A stretch of 64,000 bases of DNA from positions 76,866-140,865 of the IMG/VR virus record IMGVR_UViG_3300009183_000050; one strand, 5' to 3'. Each line of letters opens with the position of its first letter. The stretch's first letter is position 1. The position numbers were made by a program, and so were the translations under genes. The stretch comes from a virus. The notes beneath the pieces were generated by a model that saw only the letters and a list, made by a program, of their open reading frames with translations, was not told the origin of the DNA and ran no database searches. Positions 1-9,539 of this stretch are shown here, piece after piece.

Positions 1-1
1 A

Positions 2-952
2 GTTCCAGATAAACCGGCTAATGATCCAGGTCATGACCCAGCCAAGAAACCTGATTTCAAACCTTTTAAACCTTTAAGACCGGTTAGGGTTCCAAAACCG
101 GCTAATGATCCAAAACAACCCGATAAAGCTCCGGATAAACCTGCTCCTGTAGAAACGCCGGCTCCAGCACCGGCTCCTGTTATACCGGCTCCAGCTCCAG
201 TTACACCGGCTCCTGTTATACCGGCTCCAGCTCCAGTTACACCGGCTCCTGTTACGGCTCCTGTTACGGCTCCTGTTACGGCTCCTGTTACGGCTCCTGG
301 CACTAAAACTGATACAAAAACTCAAACTGATACAAAAACTAAGACAGATACTAAAACTAAGACAGATACTAAAACATCTAGTCGTCAACCGTGGCGCGAA
401 AGACTTAAACCTTTATTGCCACCATTCTCTTTACCAGATGTTAACATCGATAAAGGTTTAAGAGATCCTGCTAAGTTCTCATTAGCCGCACACATTAGCA
501 AACCAAAAGGTGATGTTAGAACCGGTGTGCAGCAGCGTGATAATAACATGTTTAGAAAAAGTCTACAGAACGAAGAAACACCTGCGGCGCCTGCGATCAT
601 ATATAAGAAAAGAGTTGACCCCGCTAAATTCGGTAACATTAGAGTTTCAACTAATAGACCATCCGGTAACACAGACGTTAGAACTGGTGTATCAGCCAGA
701 GATGCTATGATGTATAGAAGATCGCTTCAGCAGAATGAAGGTATTCTAACTAAACTAAAGAATGTAACCGAAAATAAAAACTTACATCTTACTTTAGGTG
801 ATGATTCAGTTATTATAAATAAAACAGTAGCTAATAAAATATTGACAGTTTATGAATCTGTCAGCAAAGAAAACAAAAAGAAGATTGAAGATATGCTGAA
901 TGAGAGCGTTGATTCGGTCAAGAAGATCATAAACTTCGTAGCAAGGCAGTAA
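2..952 (+). CDS. 5'-truncated head-region protein with Pro/Ala-rich and TKTD low-complexity linker (probable internal head protein)
   Basis: Frame 2 is open from the window edge through track ORF 416..952 (VPDKPANDP...PAPVTAPVTAPGTKTDTKT...); internal duplication DPAKF...DVRTGV..RD..M.R.SLQ.NE; lies upstream of the prohead core genes. Confidence 0.75.
   Translation, partial: VPDKPANDPGHDPAKKPDFKPFKPLRPVRVPKPANDPKQPDKAPDKPAPVETPAPAPAPVIPAPAPVTPAPVIPAPAPVTPAPVTAPVTAPVTAPVTAPGTKTDTKTQTDTKTKTDTKTKTDTKTSSRQPWRERLKPLLPPFSLPDVNIDKGLRDPAKFSLAAHISKPKGDVRTGVQQRDNNMFRKSLQNEETPAAPAIIYKKRVDPAKFGNIRVSTNRPSGNTDVRTGVSARDAMMYRRSLQQNEGILTKLKNVTENKNLHLTLGDDSVIINKTVANKILTVYESVSKENKKKIEDMLNESVDSVKKIINFVARQ
157..376 (+). 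repeat. Coding tandem repeats: 12-bp CGGCTCCTGTTA units (PVTA), PAPAPV units and ~18-bp TKTDTK units
   Basis: Repeats visible directly; unit lengths are multiples of 3. Confidence 0.9.
814..821 (+). promoter_or_regulatory. T4-type late promoter TATAAATA
   Basis: Exact gp55 consensus upstream of the head genes. Confidence 0.6.
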
Positions 953-955
953 GAA

Positions 956-1471
956 ATGGCAAACATAGTAAACTCACAAATTCTTGTAGATACCAGCAAG
1001 AGAACTCTAATTAGATATAGTATTGTTTCAGATGGAACTGCGGCCAATAACAGTAATGCAACTCTATTGAATGCTTCTTCTTTGAAAGGCGCACTCAATA
1101 CCAACGGTTACATTATGACCAGCAATACGGATCCAAAATCTAACTATAGACTATCAATCAAGAGAGTTTTCGGCGCATCACATGCTGGTGGTTTCTTCAG
1201 AATCAAGTGGCAGAGCGATTCTAATAATGATATCATGATTTTCCCACGAGGCCCCTTTGACTATAACTTCGAAAGTATGGGTGATGGTGCTGTAATTCCT
1301 CAACCAATAAATGAAGCTAATGTCAATGGTAATATTCTGTATGGTGCGGTTAGTGGTGCAGCAAATGATGGTTTAACAATCTTTCTTGATCTTCGTAAAG
1401 ATGCTAGAGACTATGATGCGGGCCAGACAGCGGATCCTGTAGCATTCAACAGAGGCAGAGCGGCTCTATAA
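956..1471 (+). CDS. Hypothetical virion/head-region protein
   Basis: 171-aa ORF, tightly packed in the head gene block. Confidence 0.7.
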   Translation: MANIVNSQILVDTSKRTLIRYSIVSDGTAANNSNATLLNASSLKGALNTNGYIMTSNTDPKSNYRLSIKRVFGASHAGGFFRIKWQSDSNNDIMIFPRGPFDYNFESMGDGAVIPQPINEANVNGNILYGAVSGAANDGLTIFLDLRKDARDYDAGQTADPVAFNRGRAAL

Positions 1472-2097
1472 TGAAACAGTTAGTAGAAAAAATCACATCT
1501 AAAGATTTTGATCAGGCTAATGATCTTCTCTCAGAAGAATTGAAAATCATTCTCGAACGCAAGATGTTTGAGATGAAGAAAATGGTTGCGGCTCGTATGG
1601 AACAGAATGCACATGATGTGCGTATGAAACGCCTTCGTATGGATGTTCTTGAAGAAGATGATGATGAATCTTCTGGTGATGAAAGTTCCATGGCCCGTTC
1701 AGAACTAACCGCCATCGCAAAAGATGCTAAGACCATTATGTCTAAGATAAAAGGCAATAAAGAACTTGAAGCTTGGACACAATCTAAGATAACAAAATCG
1801 GCCGATTATATGAATGCTGTTGCCGATTATATGGAAGGTGATGATAAGCTTGATGAGGCTCGTATCGCTATCATCAAGGCTCGTATTCGCGGCGGTAAGA
1901 TTCAGCGCCGTAAAAAAGTATCTCTTGTTCCTGGAATGACATTACGCGGTGGTAAACTCACTCGTATGTCACCAGCAGAACGTAGAGCCCGCAAGATGGG
2001 TGCCAGAAAAGGTGCTCGTAAATCAAGACAGAAGCAATCTCAGTCATTGCGTAAAAGAAGGCTCTCTCTTATGAAGAGAAAGAGATTGGGAATCTAA
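1471..2097 (+). CDS. Prohead core protein (gp67/gp68-like) with an inserted helical module
   Basis: Very basic C-terminus RIRGGKIQRRKKVS...RRARKMGARK typical of gp68-like cores; immediately upstream of gp21. Confidence 0.7.
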   Translation: MKQLVEKITSKDFDQANDLLSEELKIILERKMFEMKKMVAARMEQNAHDVRMKRLRMDVLEEDDDESSGDESSMARSELTAIAKDAKTIMSKIKGNKELEAWTQSKITKSADYMNAVADYMEGDDKLDEARIAIIKARIRGGKIQRRKKVSLVPGMTLRGGKLTRMSPAERRARKMGARKGARKSRQKQSQSLRKRRLSLMKRKRLGI

Positions 2098-2098
2098 G

Positions 2099-2746
2099 AT
2101 GAAACTTATTTCAGAAGAAGTATTAAACGTAAGATACCTTGTTGAAGATAATGGTAAAGGCGGAAAAGACCACTTTATCGAAGGTATCTTTATGCAGGCT
2201 GAACGCAAGAACCGTAATGGTCGTGTTTATCCACACCAAATTCTTTCAAAAGAAGTTGAAAGATACAATCGTGATTATGTCAGTAAGAACAGAGCATTTG
2301 GTGAACTCGGTCATCCAGACTCACCAACAATCAATCTAGATCGTGTATCACACATGATTACAAGCTTATCACCAGATGGTAACAACTTCATGGGTAAAGC
2401 TAAGATAATGGATACTCCAAACGGTAAAATTGTGAAGAGTTTATTAGACGGCGGAGCCAGTCTAGGCGTATCAACCAGAGGCGTAGGGTCTCTGAAGCCA
2501 TCAAACGGGTTTCAACTCGTTCAAGACGATTTTCACTTAGCTACAGCGGCAGACATTGTAGCAGACCCATCAGCACCAGATGCTTTCGTAAGAGGTATCA
2601 TGGAGAATGCTGAATGGATTCTCGTTAACGGTAAATGGACTCAGCAACATCTCGAACATGCTAAGAAGTTAATCACTGAAGCTAATCGAAATGATGTTGA
2701 AGCTGTAGCACTGAAAGTTTTTCATAATTTTATCTCGAAACTCTAA
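2099..2746 (+). CDS. gp21: Prohead protease
   Basis: IEGIFMQAE.KNRNGRVY, GELGHP, GVSTRGVGS, DIVADPSAPDAFV motifs. Confidence 0.97.
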   Translation: MKLISEEVLNVRYLVEDNGKGGKDHFIEGIFMQAERKNRNGRVYPHQILSKEVERYNRDYVSKNRAFGELGHPDSPTINLDRVSHMITSLSPDGNNFMGKAKIMDTPNGKIVKSLLDGGASLGVSTRGVGSLKPSNGFQLVQDDFHLATAADIVADPSAPDAFVRGIMENAEWILVNGKWTQQHLEHAKKLITEANRNDVEAVALKVFHNFISKL

Positions 2747-2750
2747 GTTA

Positions 2751-2758
2751 TATAAATA
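2751..2758 (+). promoter_or_regulatory. Late promoter TATAAATA
   Basis: Consensus in the intergenic gap before gp22. Confidence 0.85.
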
Positions 2759-2783
2759 ATAAAAGGAAAAGGAGTATTCTACT

Positions 2784-4019
2784 ATGAGCAAGTCTCTTAC
2801 AGATGTAGCAAAACAGATCCTTGCCGAGTCAAATGATTCTGCACCAGATCGTGATGCTAATAGCACTACACCACTTAAATCATCTCTACGCCCTAACGCA
2901 AAGGCTGTAGAAGGTCGATTTGCAAATCCAGGCGCAATGGTCGCAACTCAAGGCGCAGCCTTGCTTGACACCGCACCTACAACAGTTCCTGGTGCAACCA
3001 CTAAGAAAGATACCTCAGCCTCTTCGCAATCACGCAGAGGTGTTGGCAAGGCGGATGATAAACCTGTTAAGAACAAAGATTCTGCTGAAATCATGGAAGA
3101 TGATGATTCATATGCTGGTTCTGAAGTAATGGAAGAAGATTATGAAATTTCTGAAGAACTAGAAGCTTTCATCGCTGAAAAGATGGAAGAAGGTCTTTCA
3201 GAAGAAGAAATTGCTGAAGCCATTGACGAAAACTTCGAACTCGTTTCAGAAGAAGTAGTTGAAGAAGAATCCACAGAATACACAGTAGACATGTCTGAAC
3301 ATGTTGAAGCACTTCTTGCTGGTGAAGAACTCTCAGAAGAATTTAAAGAAAAAGCTAAGACAATCTTCGAAGCGGCTGTTAAGTCGAAAGTAGAAGAAGA
3401 AATTGCTCGTATCGAAGAAGCCTATGCTGAAACTCTCGATGAGCAAGTAGCACAGATTCAAGAAGAACTATCTTCAAACGTTGATGATTACCTGAACTAT
3501 GTTGTTGAACAGTGGGTATCAGAAAACGAAGTTGCTATCGAAGCTGGCCTCCGTTCTGAATTGACAGAAGAATTTATCTCTGGTCTCCGTAACCTGTTCT
3601 CTGAACATTACATTGACATTCCAGAAGAAAAGATTTCTGTTATCGAAGAAATGTCAGAAAAAGTTGCTGAACTTGAAGAAAAACTCAATGAAGAAATTGA
3701 ACGTAATGTCAATATGACAAAGGCTATCAATGAATCAAAACAGTATGAAATTCTTGTTGATGCCTGTGAAGGTCTCACAGATACTCAGGCTGAAAAGATG
3801 AAGTCTTTGGCTGAAGGCATCAATTTCAATTCTGCCGCCGAATTTGCCCAGAAGATCAATATCATCAAAGAAAACTATTTCATCTCAAATGTTAAGTCTG
3901 AGAATGTTCTCGACAATAATGAGATTGCCAATGATGGTAGAATGATTTCTGAAGAACTCAACGGTCCAATGGCTGCTTATGTCAAAACACTTGGTCGTCA
4001 AGTTCCTAAGTCAAAATAA
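2784..4019 (+). CDS. gp22: Prohead scaffolding (core) protein
   Basis: Acidic coiled coil, LSEEFKEKAKTIFEAAV, VDDYLNYVVEQW; between gp21 and gp23. Confidence 0.95.
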   Translation: MSKSLTDVAKQILAESNDSAPDRDANSTTPLKSSLRPNAKAVEGRFANPGAMVATQGAALLDTAPTTVPGATTKKDTSASSQSRRGVGKADDKPVKNKDSAEIMEDDDSYAGSEVMEEDYEISEELEAFIAEKMEEGLSEEEIAEAIDENFELVSEEVVEEESTEYTVDMSEHVEALLAGEELSEEFKEKAKTIFEAAVKSKVEEEIARIEEAYAETLDEQVAQIQEELSSNVDDYLNYVVEQWVSENEVAIEAGLRSELTEEFISGLRNLFSEHYIDIPEEKISVIEEMSEKVAELEEKLNEEIERNVNMTKAINESKQYEILVDACEGLTDTQAEKMKSLAEGINFNSAAEFAQKINIIKENYFISNVKSENVLDNNEIANDGRMISEELNGPMAAYVKTLGRQVPKSK

Positions 4020-4026
4020 AGTTTCT

Positions 4027-4034
4027 TATAAATA
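4027..4034 (+). promoter_or_regulatory. Late promoter TATAAATA
   Basis: Consensus upstream of gp23. Confidence 0.85.
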
Positions 4035-4076
4035 ACCAATACGAATATCGTAAGATTTCAAAAGGAGAATACTAAA

Positions 4077-5405
4077 ATGTATCTTACAGAACACCTAGAA
4101 AGTAAATGGGCTCCGGTCCTTGACCATGACGGTCTGAATCCAATTAAGGATCAGTATCGTCGTGCTGTTACAGCAATGGTTCTTGAAAACCAAGAAAAAG
4201 CCATGGCTGAAGAATCTCGCCAGCTAAACGAAACCGCACCAACAAACAACTACGGCGGTGGTAATATTGGTTCATACGATCCAATCTTGATCTCCCTAGT
4301 TCGTCGTGCGCTTCCAAACCTACTCGCATACGATATCTGCGGCGTTCAGCCAATGACAGGCCCAACCGGCCTGATCTTCGCAATGCGTTCACGCTATGCT
4401 TCACAGACAGGCACAGAAGCTCTCTTCAACGAAGCTAACACTGCCTTCACAGGTACCAATGCTGCCGGCGCTAACGGTAACGTTCGAGGATCATTTGCCA
4501 ACACAAACCCTGTATATGATACATCTGCGGCCGCGGTATATGGTGTTGGTGCCGGTATGACAACCGCTCAGTCTGAAGCTCTTGGTGACGTTTCAACAAA
4601 CATGTTTGCTGAAATGGCGTTCTCAATCGACAAAGTTACCGTTACTGCAAAGTCACGCGCTTTGAAGGCTGAATACACCATGGAACTTGCACAGGACTTG
4701 AAGGCTGTTCATGGTCTTGACGCTGAGACAGAACTTGCTAACATCTTGTCAACAGAAATCCTTGCTGAAATCAACCGTGAAGTTGTTCGTTCTATCTATC
4801 GTTCAGCTACAGTTGGCGCTCAGTATGGTGTTACAACTGCTGGTACTTTCGATCTTGACACCGATTCAAACGGCCGTTGGTCAGTTGAAAAGTTCAAAGG
4901 TCTTGTGTTCCAGATCGAACGCGATGCTAATGCGATTGCTCGTGCAACTCGTAGAGGTAAGGGCAACATCATCATCGTTTCTTCAGACGTTGCGTCTGCT
5001 CTTGCGATGGCCGGTGTTCTTGACTACACCCCTGCTCTTCAGGTTAACCTGAATGTTGATGATACTGGCAACACCTTCGCTGGTACTCTTCATGGTCGTA
5101 TTAAAGTCTACATCGATCCTTACTTCGGTGGTTCTGCAAACGGCGACGAACTCTGCACCGTCGGTTACAAAGGTACTTCACCTTATGACGCCGGTTTGTT
5201 CTACTGCCCATACGTTCCACTTCAGATGGTTCGCGCTATCGGTCAAGACAGCTTCCAGCCAAAGATCGGCTTTAAGACTCGTTACGGCATGGTTGCTAAC
5301 CCATTCGCTACCGTTGCCGGCGACGGTCAGGTTGCTGACCGCACTACAAATGCTAACAATGCGAACATCTACTATCGCATTTTCCGCATTCGTAACCTTA
5401 CATAA
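4077..5405 (+). CDS. gp23: Major capsid protein
   Basis: GVQPMTGPTGLIFAMR, SRALKAEYTMELAQDLKAVHGLDAE, FQPKIGFKTRYG. Confidence 0.99.
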   Translation: MYLTEHLESKWAPVLDHDGLNPIKDQYRRAVTAMVLENQEKAMAEESRQLNETAPTNNYGGGNIGSYDPILISLVRRALPNLLAYDICGVQPMTGPTGLIFAMRSRYASQTGTEALFNEANTAFTGTNAAGANGNVRGSFANTNPVYDTSAAAVYGVGAGMTTAQSEALGDVSTNMFAEMAFSIDKVTVTAKSRALKAEYTMELAQDLKAVHGLDAETELANILSTEILAEINREVVRSIYRSATVGAQYGVTTAGTFDLDTDSNGRWSVEKFKGLVFQIERDANAIARATRRGKGNIIIVSSDVASALAMAGVLDYTPALQVNLNVDDTGNTFAGTLHGRIKVYIDPYFGGSANGDELCTVGYKGTSPYDAGLFYCPYVPLQMVRAIGQDSFQPKIGFKTRYGMVANPFATVAGDGQVADRTTNANNANIYYRIFRIRNLT

Positions 5406-5433
5406 TCAGAATAAGATTATTCGAAAACAAACT

Positions 5434-5461
5434 GGGCGGGGGAAACCTCGCCCTTTTTTTT
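5434..5461 (+). terminator. Rho-independent terminator
   Basis: GGGCGGGG-GAAA-CCTCGCCC followed by a T-run. Confidence 0.9.
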
Positions 5462-5462
5462 A

Positions 5463-5470
5463 TATAAATA
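5463..5470 (+). promoter_or_regulatory. Late promoter TATAAATA
   Basis: Consensus upstream of the gp3-like gene. Confidence 0.85.
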
Positions 5471-5488
5471 TGTGAAAGAGGATCTTTC

Positions 5489-6007
5489 ATGGCCACTACA
5501 TCAGTTATCAATACAATACCTGAGAATACCAGCATTCTTCAATCGACAAAGTTTACCTTTGTTATTCCAGATTTGTCTTTTGCCAGATATTTCTGTCAGA
5601 CGGTAAGTTTGCCTGGAGTATCCACTTCTGAAGTTGCTGTTGTTTCACCTTTCTCTAATACATACAGACATGGTGATAAGCTGGTCTATGATCCATTCAC
5701 AATCAATGCTATCGTTGATGAAGAACTCCGTGTATGGGAAGAAACCTATAAGTGGCTCTTATCGATTACAAAACCAGAATCATATGCTCAATATGGCCTA
5801 TACAATGGTTCACCTAGAAATGCCTACTATGATGGCATCTTAACAATCAATACCAATGCCAACAATCCAAACATCCGCATCAAGTTTAAGAATTGTCACC
5901 CGACAGCATTAGGTGCTATTCAGTTTAACACAGCTATCAATGCCGATACGATCCCGACAGCAGATATTAGCTTTAGATACGATAGTTTCGATATAGAACG
6001 TCTTTGA
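5489..6007 (+). CDS. gp3: Tail tube terminator / tail completion protein (gp3-like)
   Basis: F.F.I...YFCQ.V.LPG, GDKL.Y..F.I..IVDE.L motifs; usual position after gp23 in environmental T4-like phages. Confidence 0.8.
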   Translation: MATTSVINTIPENTSILQSTKFTFVIPDLSFARYFCQTVSLPGVSTSEVAVVSPFSNTYRHGDKLVYDPFTINAIVDEELRVWEETYKWLLSITKPESYAQYGLYNGSPRNAYYDGILTINTNANNPNIRIKFKNCHPTALGAIQFNTAINADTIPTADISFRYDSFDIERL

Positions 6008-6065
6008 TGGTTGCCAAACTCTAAAGTTTCCTCTATAATTGGATACATTTTAGATATGAGGTAAC

Positions 6066-6515
6066 ATGAAACCGCCAGTCAGTATAGATGATCTAATGGA
6101 AATGTGGAGCACCGACTCGAAGGTCGATGAGACTGAACCTTCTCGTGAGTTGGCTAAGGTATCTTCACTACATGCAAAATATCTCCGTATTCTAACTCAC
6201 CACAACCTCATCGTTAAGAAAATCAACATAGATTATGTAAAGATGAAGCGTGTCAAGTGGGAATACTACAATGGTGACTTGAACAATCCAGAAGATTTGG
6301 AAACCTACAATCTTCAACCACTGCTCAAAAAGATCATACGGCAAGACATACCTATATACTTAGACTCAGACAACGATCTAAACAATCTGCTCATGCGAAA
6401 GGTTCTACACCAAGAGATTGTTGATTTCTGTGCTTCAGTTTTGAAAGAGATCAACAACCGCACTTGGCAGTTGAGATCATTTATAGAATGGGAAAAGTAT
6501 ACAAGTGGTGGATAA
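6066..6515 (+). CDS. uvsY: Recombination mediator UvsY
   Basis: LHAKYL, KWEYYNG, INNRTWQLRSFIEW; upstream of uvsW. Confidence 0.9.
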   Translation: MKPPVSIDDLMEMWSTDSKVDETEPSRELAKVSSLHAKYLRILTHHNLIVKKINIDYVKMKRVKWEYYNGDLNNPEDLETYNLQPLLKKIIRQDIPIYLDSDNDLNNLLMRKVLHQEIVDFCASVLKEINNRTWQLRSFIEWEKYTSGG

Positions 6516-7962
6516 GTTATCGATATATAACATCAATGAGGTTTATGTTGGTATAGATTGCCCTGAAGGAGCATCATATGAACTCCGTGAGCATTTTACA
6601 CTTCAAGTTCCTGGTTATCAATTTACACCTCAATACCGTAACAAACTGTGGGATGGTAAGATAAGATTATGGGATACAAGAAGTCGTAGAATCTATAGAG
6701 GTCTTGTTCCATACATTGTCAAGTTTTGTGAAGAGCGTGACTATGAGTGGGAGTATGATAATGAGGTTTATGATGAAGAGTTTTCGTTAAGTGAGGCCGA
6801 ACAATTCTTCACGAAGTTAAACCTTCCTGAGAAGTATAAACCAAGGGACTATCAAATTGACGCTTTCGTTCACGCTGTTCGCACTCGCCGTAGTCTGCTT
6901 CTCTCTCCTACTGCTTCTGGTAAGTCGCTCATCATTTACTTACTTGTGCGCTATTACTCATCTCGGACTCTTATTATTGTTCCAACTATTTCTCTTGTCA
7001 GTCAGTTGGCTACTGATTTTGCCGATTATGGTTTTGAAAGTGATCGCTTTGTTCACCGTATCTATGGCGGAGAAGATAAACAGACAAATAAACCAATCAC
7101 CATCTCTACATGGCAGTCGCTCTATAAACTCCCTAAAAAATATTTCGAACAATTTGATGTGATCATCGGTGATGAAGCGCATCTCTTTAAAGCTAAGTCA
7201 CTGGCCAGCATCATGGAGAACCTTGCAAATTCAAAGTATAGATTTGGATTTACAGGGACATTAGATGGTACTAAGACACACAAGCTAGTTCTCGAAGGCC
7301 TATTTGGCACTGTTCGTAAGGTAACAACTACCAAAGAACTTATGACACAGGGTCATGTTGCAGATTTCATTATTAAGTGTTTGTTGCTGAAACATGGCGA
7401 TAGTATTTGTCAAGCCGCTAAGAACTTCACATATCCTCAAGAGATTGAATATCTAGTCCTTAATGAATCCAGAAACAAGTTTATATCTAATCTAGCCTTA
7501 TCTCTCGAAGGTAATACACTTGTTCTGTATCAGTTTGTCGATAAGCATGGTGTCATTCTCCATGATATTATAAATAAAGCATCAACTGGTCAGAGAGTGT
7601 TCTTTGTGTCTGGTAATGTCGATGGTGAAGCTAGAGAAGAGATTAGAAAGATTGTTGAGGGAGAAACTAATGCTATCATCGTAGCATCATACGGAACCTT
7701 CTCGACTGGTATCAATATTAAGAATCTACATAACATCATCTTCGCCTCGCCTTCTAAATCAAGAGTTCGTAATCTACAGTCAATCGGTCGTGGTCTACGC
7801 ATATCAGAAACTAAAACTTCTGCAACTCTATTTGATATAGCAGATGATCTAAGACACAAGAAACATGAGAACTTCACCCTGAAACACTTTTCAGAACGCA
7901 TAAAAATTTATAGTGAAGAGAAGTTTGATTTTAGAATCTACAAGATAGAACTCAAAGGATAA
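6505..7962 (+). CDS. uvsW: SF2 DNA/RNA-DNA helicase UvsW
   Basis: WDGKIRL, SPTASGKS, DEAH, QSIGRGLR. Confidence 0.97.
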   Translation: MVDKLSIYNINEVYVGIDCPEGASYELREHFTLQVPGYQFTPQYRNKLWDGKIRLWDTRSRRIYRGLVPYIVKFCEERDYEWEYDNEVYDEEFSLSEAEQFFTKLNLPEKYKPRDYQIDAFVHAVRTRRSLLLSPTASGKSLIIYLLVRYYSSRTLIIVPTISLVSQLATDFADYGFESDRFVHRIYGGEDKQTNKPITISTWQSLYKLPKKYFEQFDVIIGDEAHLFKAKSLASIMENLANSKYRFGFTGTLDGTKTHKLVLEGLFGTVRKVTTTKELMTQGHVADFIIKCLLLKHGDSICQAAKNFTYPQEIEYLVLNESRNKFISNLALSLEGNTLVLYQFVDKHGVILHDIINKASTGQRVFFVSGNVDGEAREEIRKIVEGETNAIIVASYGTFSTGINIKNLHNIIFASPSKSRVRNLQSIGRGLRISETKTSATLFDIADDLRHKKHENFTLKHFSERIKIYSEEKFDFRIYKIELKG

Positions 7963-7966
7963 GACC

Positions 7967-8431
7967 ATGGAATTAGAACAGTCTGTCAAGTTTGTTAGAA
8001 TGACCTCAGGTGAAGATTTGATCTCTCAGATCACCGAAGTGAAATCGGATGATGATTCGGAGAGCTATTATATACTAACAAACCCCATGAGACTAACATA
8101 TTCTGTTGGTGGTTCTAATAGACCTGGAATGTTTTCTATCAATCTCATGCAATGGGTTTTCAATAGAATCTGTGAAGATCAAGACTTCACCATCTATCCT
8201 GTAGATATTCTCACCATTGGTAATCCTACAGATGATATGATAGAATATTATTGGGATTGTGTTGATAACTTTGAGAAAATGAAAGAGAAGAATAAGAATA
8301 ACACCGAATACGTCAAACCTTCTGATGGTGAAGAAGAGTTTGAGGAGTTTGTTGATGATACTGAAAGTCTGGAACTCCTAAAGAATTTACTGGAAGGTAT
8401 CAACAAACCTTTGAAAGGAACGTTACACTGA
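7967..8431 (+). CDS. Hypothetical protein (possible Sm-like fold)
   Basis: VKFVRMTSGEDLI..I N-terminus of the type found after uvsW in T4-like phages; acidic tail. Confidence 0.65.
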   Translation: MELEQSVKFVRMTSGEDLISQITEVKSDDDSESYYILTNPMRLTYSVGGSNRPGMFSINLMQWVFNRICEDQDFTIYPVDILTIGNPTDDMIEYYWDCVDNFEKMKEKNKNNTEYVKPSDGEEEFEEFVDDTESLELLKNLLEGINKPLKGTLH

Positions 8432-8709
8432 TGGTTGAGAAGAACAAATACCTTATCGAAGAAGGTGCATACGATTTCGGATTCACCTTCTCTAATGAAG
8501 AAGATATCGTAGCTACTCACACTGAGTATGCATCAATGTCTGAACAGGTAGAGGATTTGAAAGAGAGACTCTATGCTCTCAATAAGATATTCTTACCTCT
8601 ACTGGAGAATCTTATTAAAGACCCTGATAAACCTATGATCAAATGGCCTAATAGGAAAGAGGTTATTGAGAAACAGATTAAGAAGCTGAAACAAATCACT
8701 AACATCTAA
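8431..8709 (+). CDS. Hypothetical protein
   Basis: 92 aa, translationally coupled; LPLLENL.KDPDK..IKWPNR. Confidence 0.7.
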   Translation: MVEKNKYLIEEGAYDFGFTFSNEEDIVATHTEYASMSEQVEDLKERLYALNKIFLPLLENLIKDPDKPMIKWPNRKEVIEKQIKKLKQITNI

Positions 8710-8748
8710 CCAAACCATTACACTATTTCATTAACGGAGGACATAGCA

Positions 8749-8777
8749 GTTATAGCACAATGTCAACCAGTTGTCAA
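8749..8777 (-). promoter_or_regulatory. Antisense sigma70-type promoter TTGACA-N17-TATAAC
   Basis: Reverse complement reads TTGACA actggttgacattgtgc TATAAC. Confidence 0.6.
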
Positions 8778-8787
8778 GAGGTATTTC

Positions 8788-9381
8788 ATGATTAAGCCAA
8801 AAAAAGTTCATTATGTTGATAATCAGAAGTTTTATCAAGCCATTGTTGAGTATCGTCAGAAGCTTCAGGATGCTAGAACTGAAGGTCTTCAAGATCCTAG
8901 AATACCAAACTATATCGGTGAATGTATTTGGAAGATTGCGGACAAGTTGTCAACCAAACCTTGCTTCATGAACTACTCATATCGTGATGAGATGATTTCA
9001 GATGGTATAGAGAATTGTATCATGTATTTTAAGGATTATGATCCAGTTAAAGGTCAGAATCCTTTTGCATACTTCACACAGGTCATTTACTATGCTTTCA
9101 TTCGTCGAATCAGTAAAGAAGAAAAGAATCGCTATATAATCTATAAGAACTTCCAAAACGTTCTATGCAGCACTGATATGAGAGTTTTGGTAGATCATGA
9201 AGATAAGCACTTGCTTCCTTCTCAAATGTATGATAATATAAATGACTTCATGAGTAGGTTTGAGAAGAAGGAAGAAGCGAAGAAAGCAAAGCGCAAGTTG
9301 ATGAAAGAAAATAACTTGCTGAAGTTTTATGAGGAAAAAGAAAATGAAGGAAGAGTTTCCGAACATACCCTTTCAGGTTGA
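8788..9381 (+). CDS. gp55: Late transcription sigma factor
   Basis: HYVDN, YIGEC..KIA, YSYRDEMISDGIENC, NPFAYFTQ. Confidence 0.97.
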   Translation: MIKPKKVHYVDNQKFYQAIVEYRQKLQDARTEGLQDPRIPNYIGECIWKIADKLSTKPCFMNYSYRDEMISDGIENCIMYFKDYDPVKGQNPFAYFTQVIYYAFIRRISKEEKNRYIIYKNFQNVLCSTDMRVLVDHEDKHLLPSQMYDNINDFMSRFEKKEEAKKAKRKLMKENNLLKFYEEKENEGRVSEHTLSG

Positions 9382-9538
9382 GAACCTAATCGAGAATATG
9401 ATGGACAAGAATGAACGCCCACACATTCGAGATAACTATCGATCAAGATTGGAATATATTAGAACAGCGATTGATCAAAATATCCGTAAGTATGATAACG
9501 ATGCAATGATGCATGGTGGTGGAAAGAAGAGAGCATAA
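9344..9538 (+). CDS. Hypothetical protein
   Basis: Small ORF with GAGGA RBS between gp55 and gp47. Confidence 0.6.
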   Translation: MKEEFPNIPFQVENLIENMMDKNERPHIRDNYRSRLEYIRTAIDQNIRKYDNDAMMHGGGKKRA

Positions 9539-9539
9539 C

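Noticed and set aside
31-388. Minus-strand repetitive ORFs (GAVT and RSRN repeats) and a possible CRISPR-like array
   Set aside because: They are shadows of the + strand Pro/Thr repeats; the units are contiguous with no unique spacers, and no CRISPR array or cas gene was seen in the window
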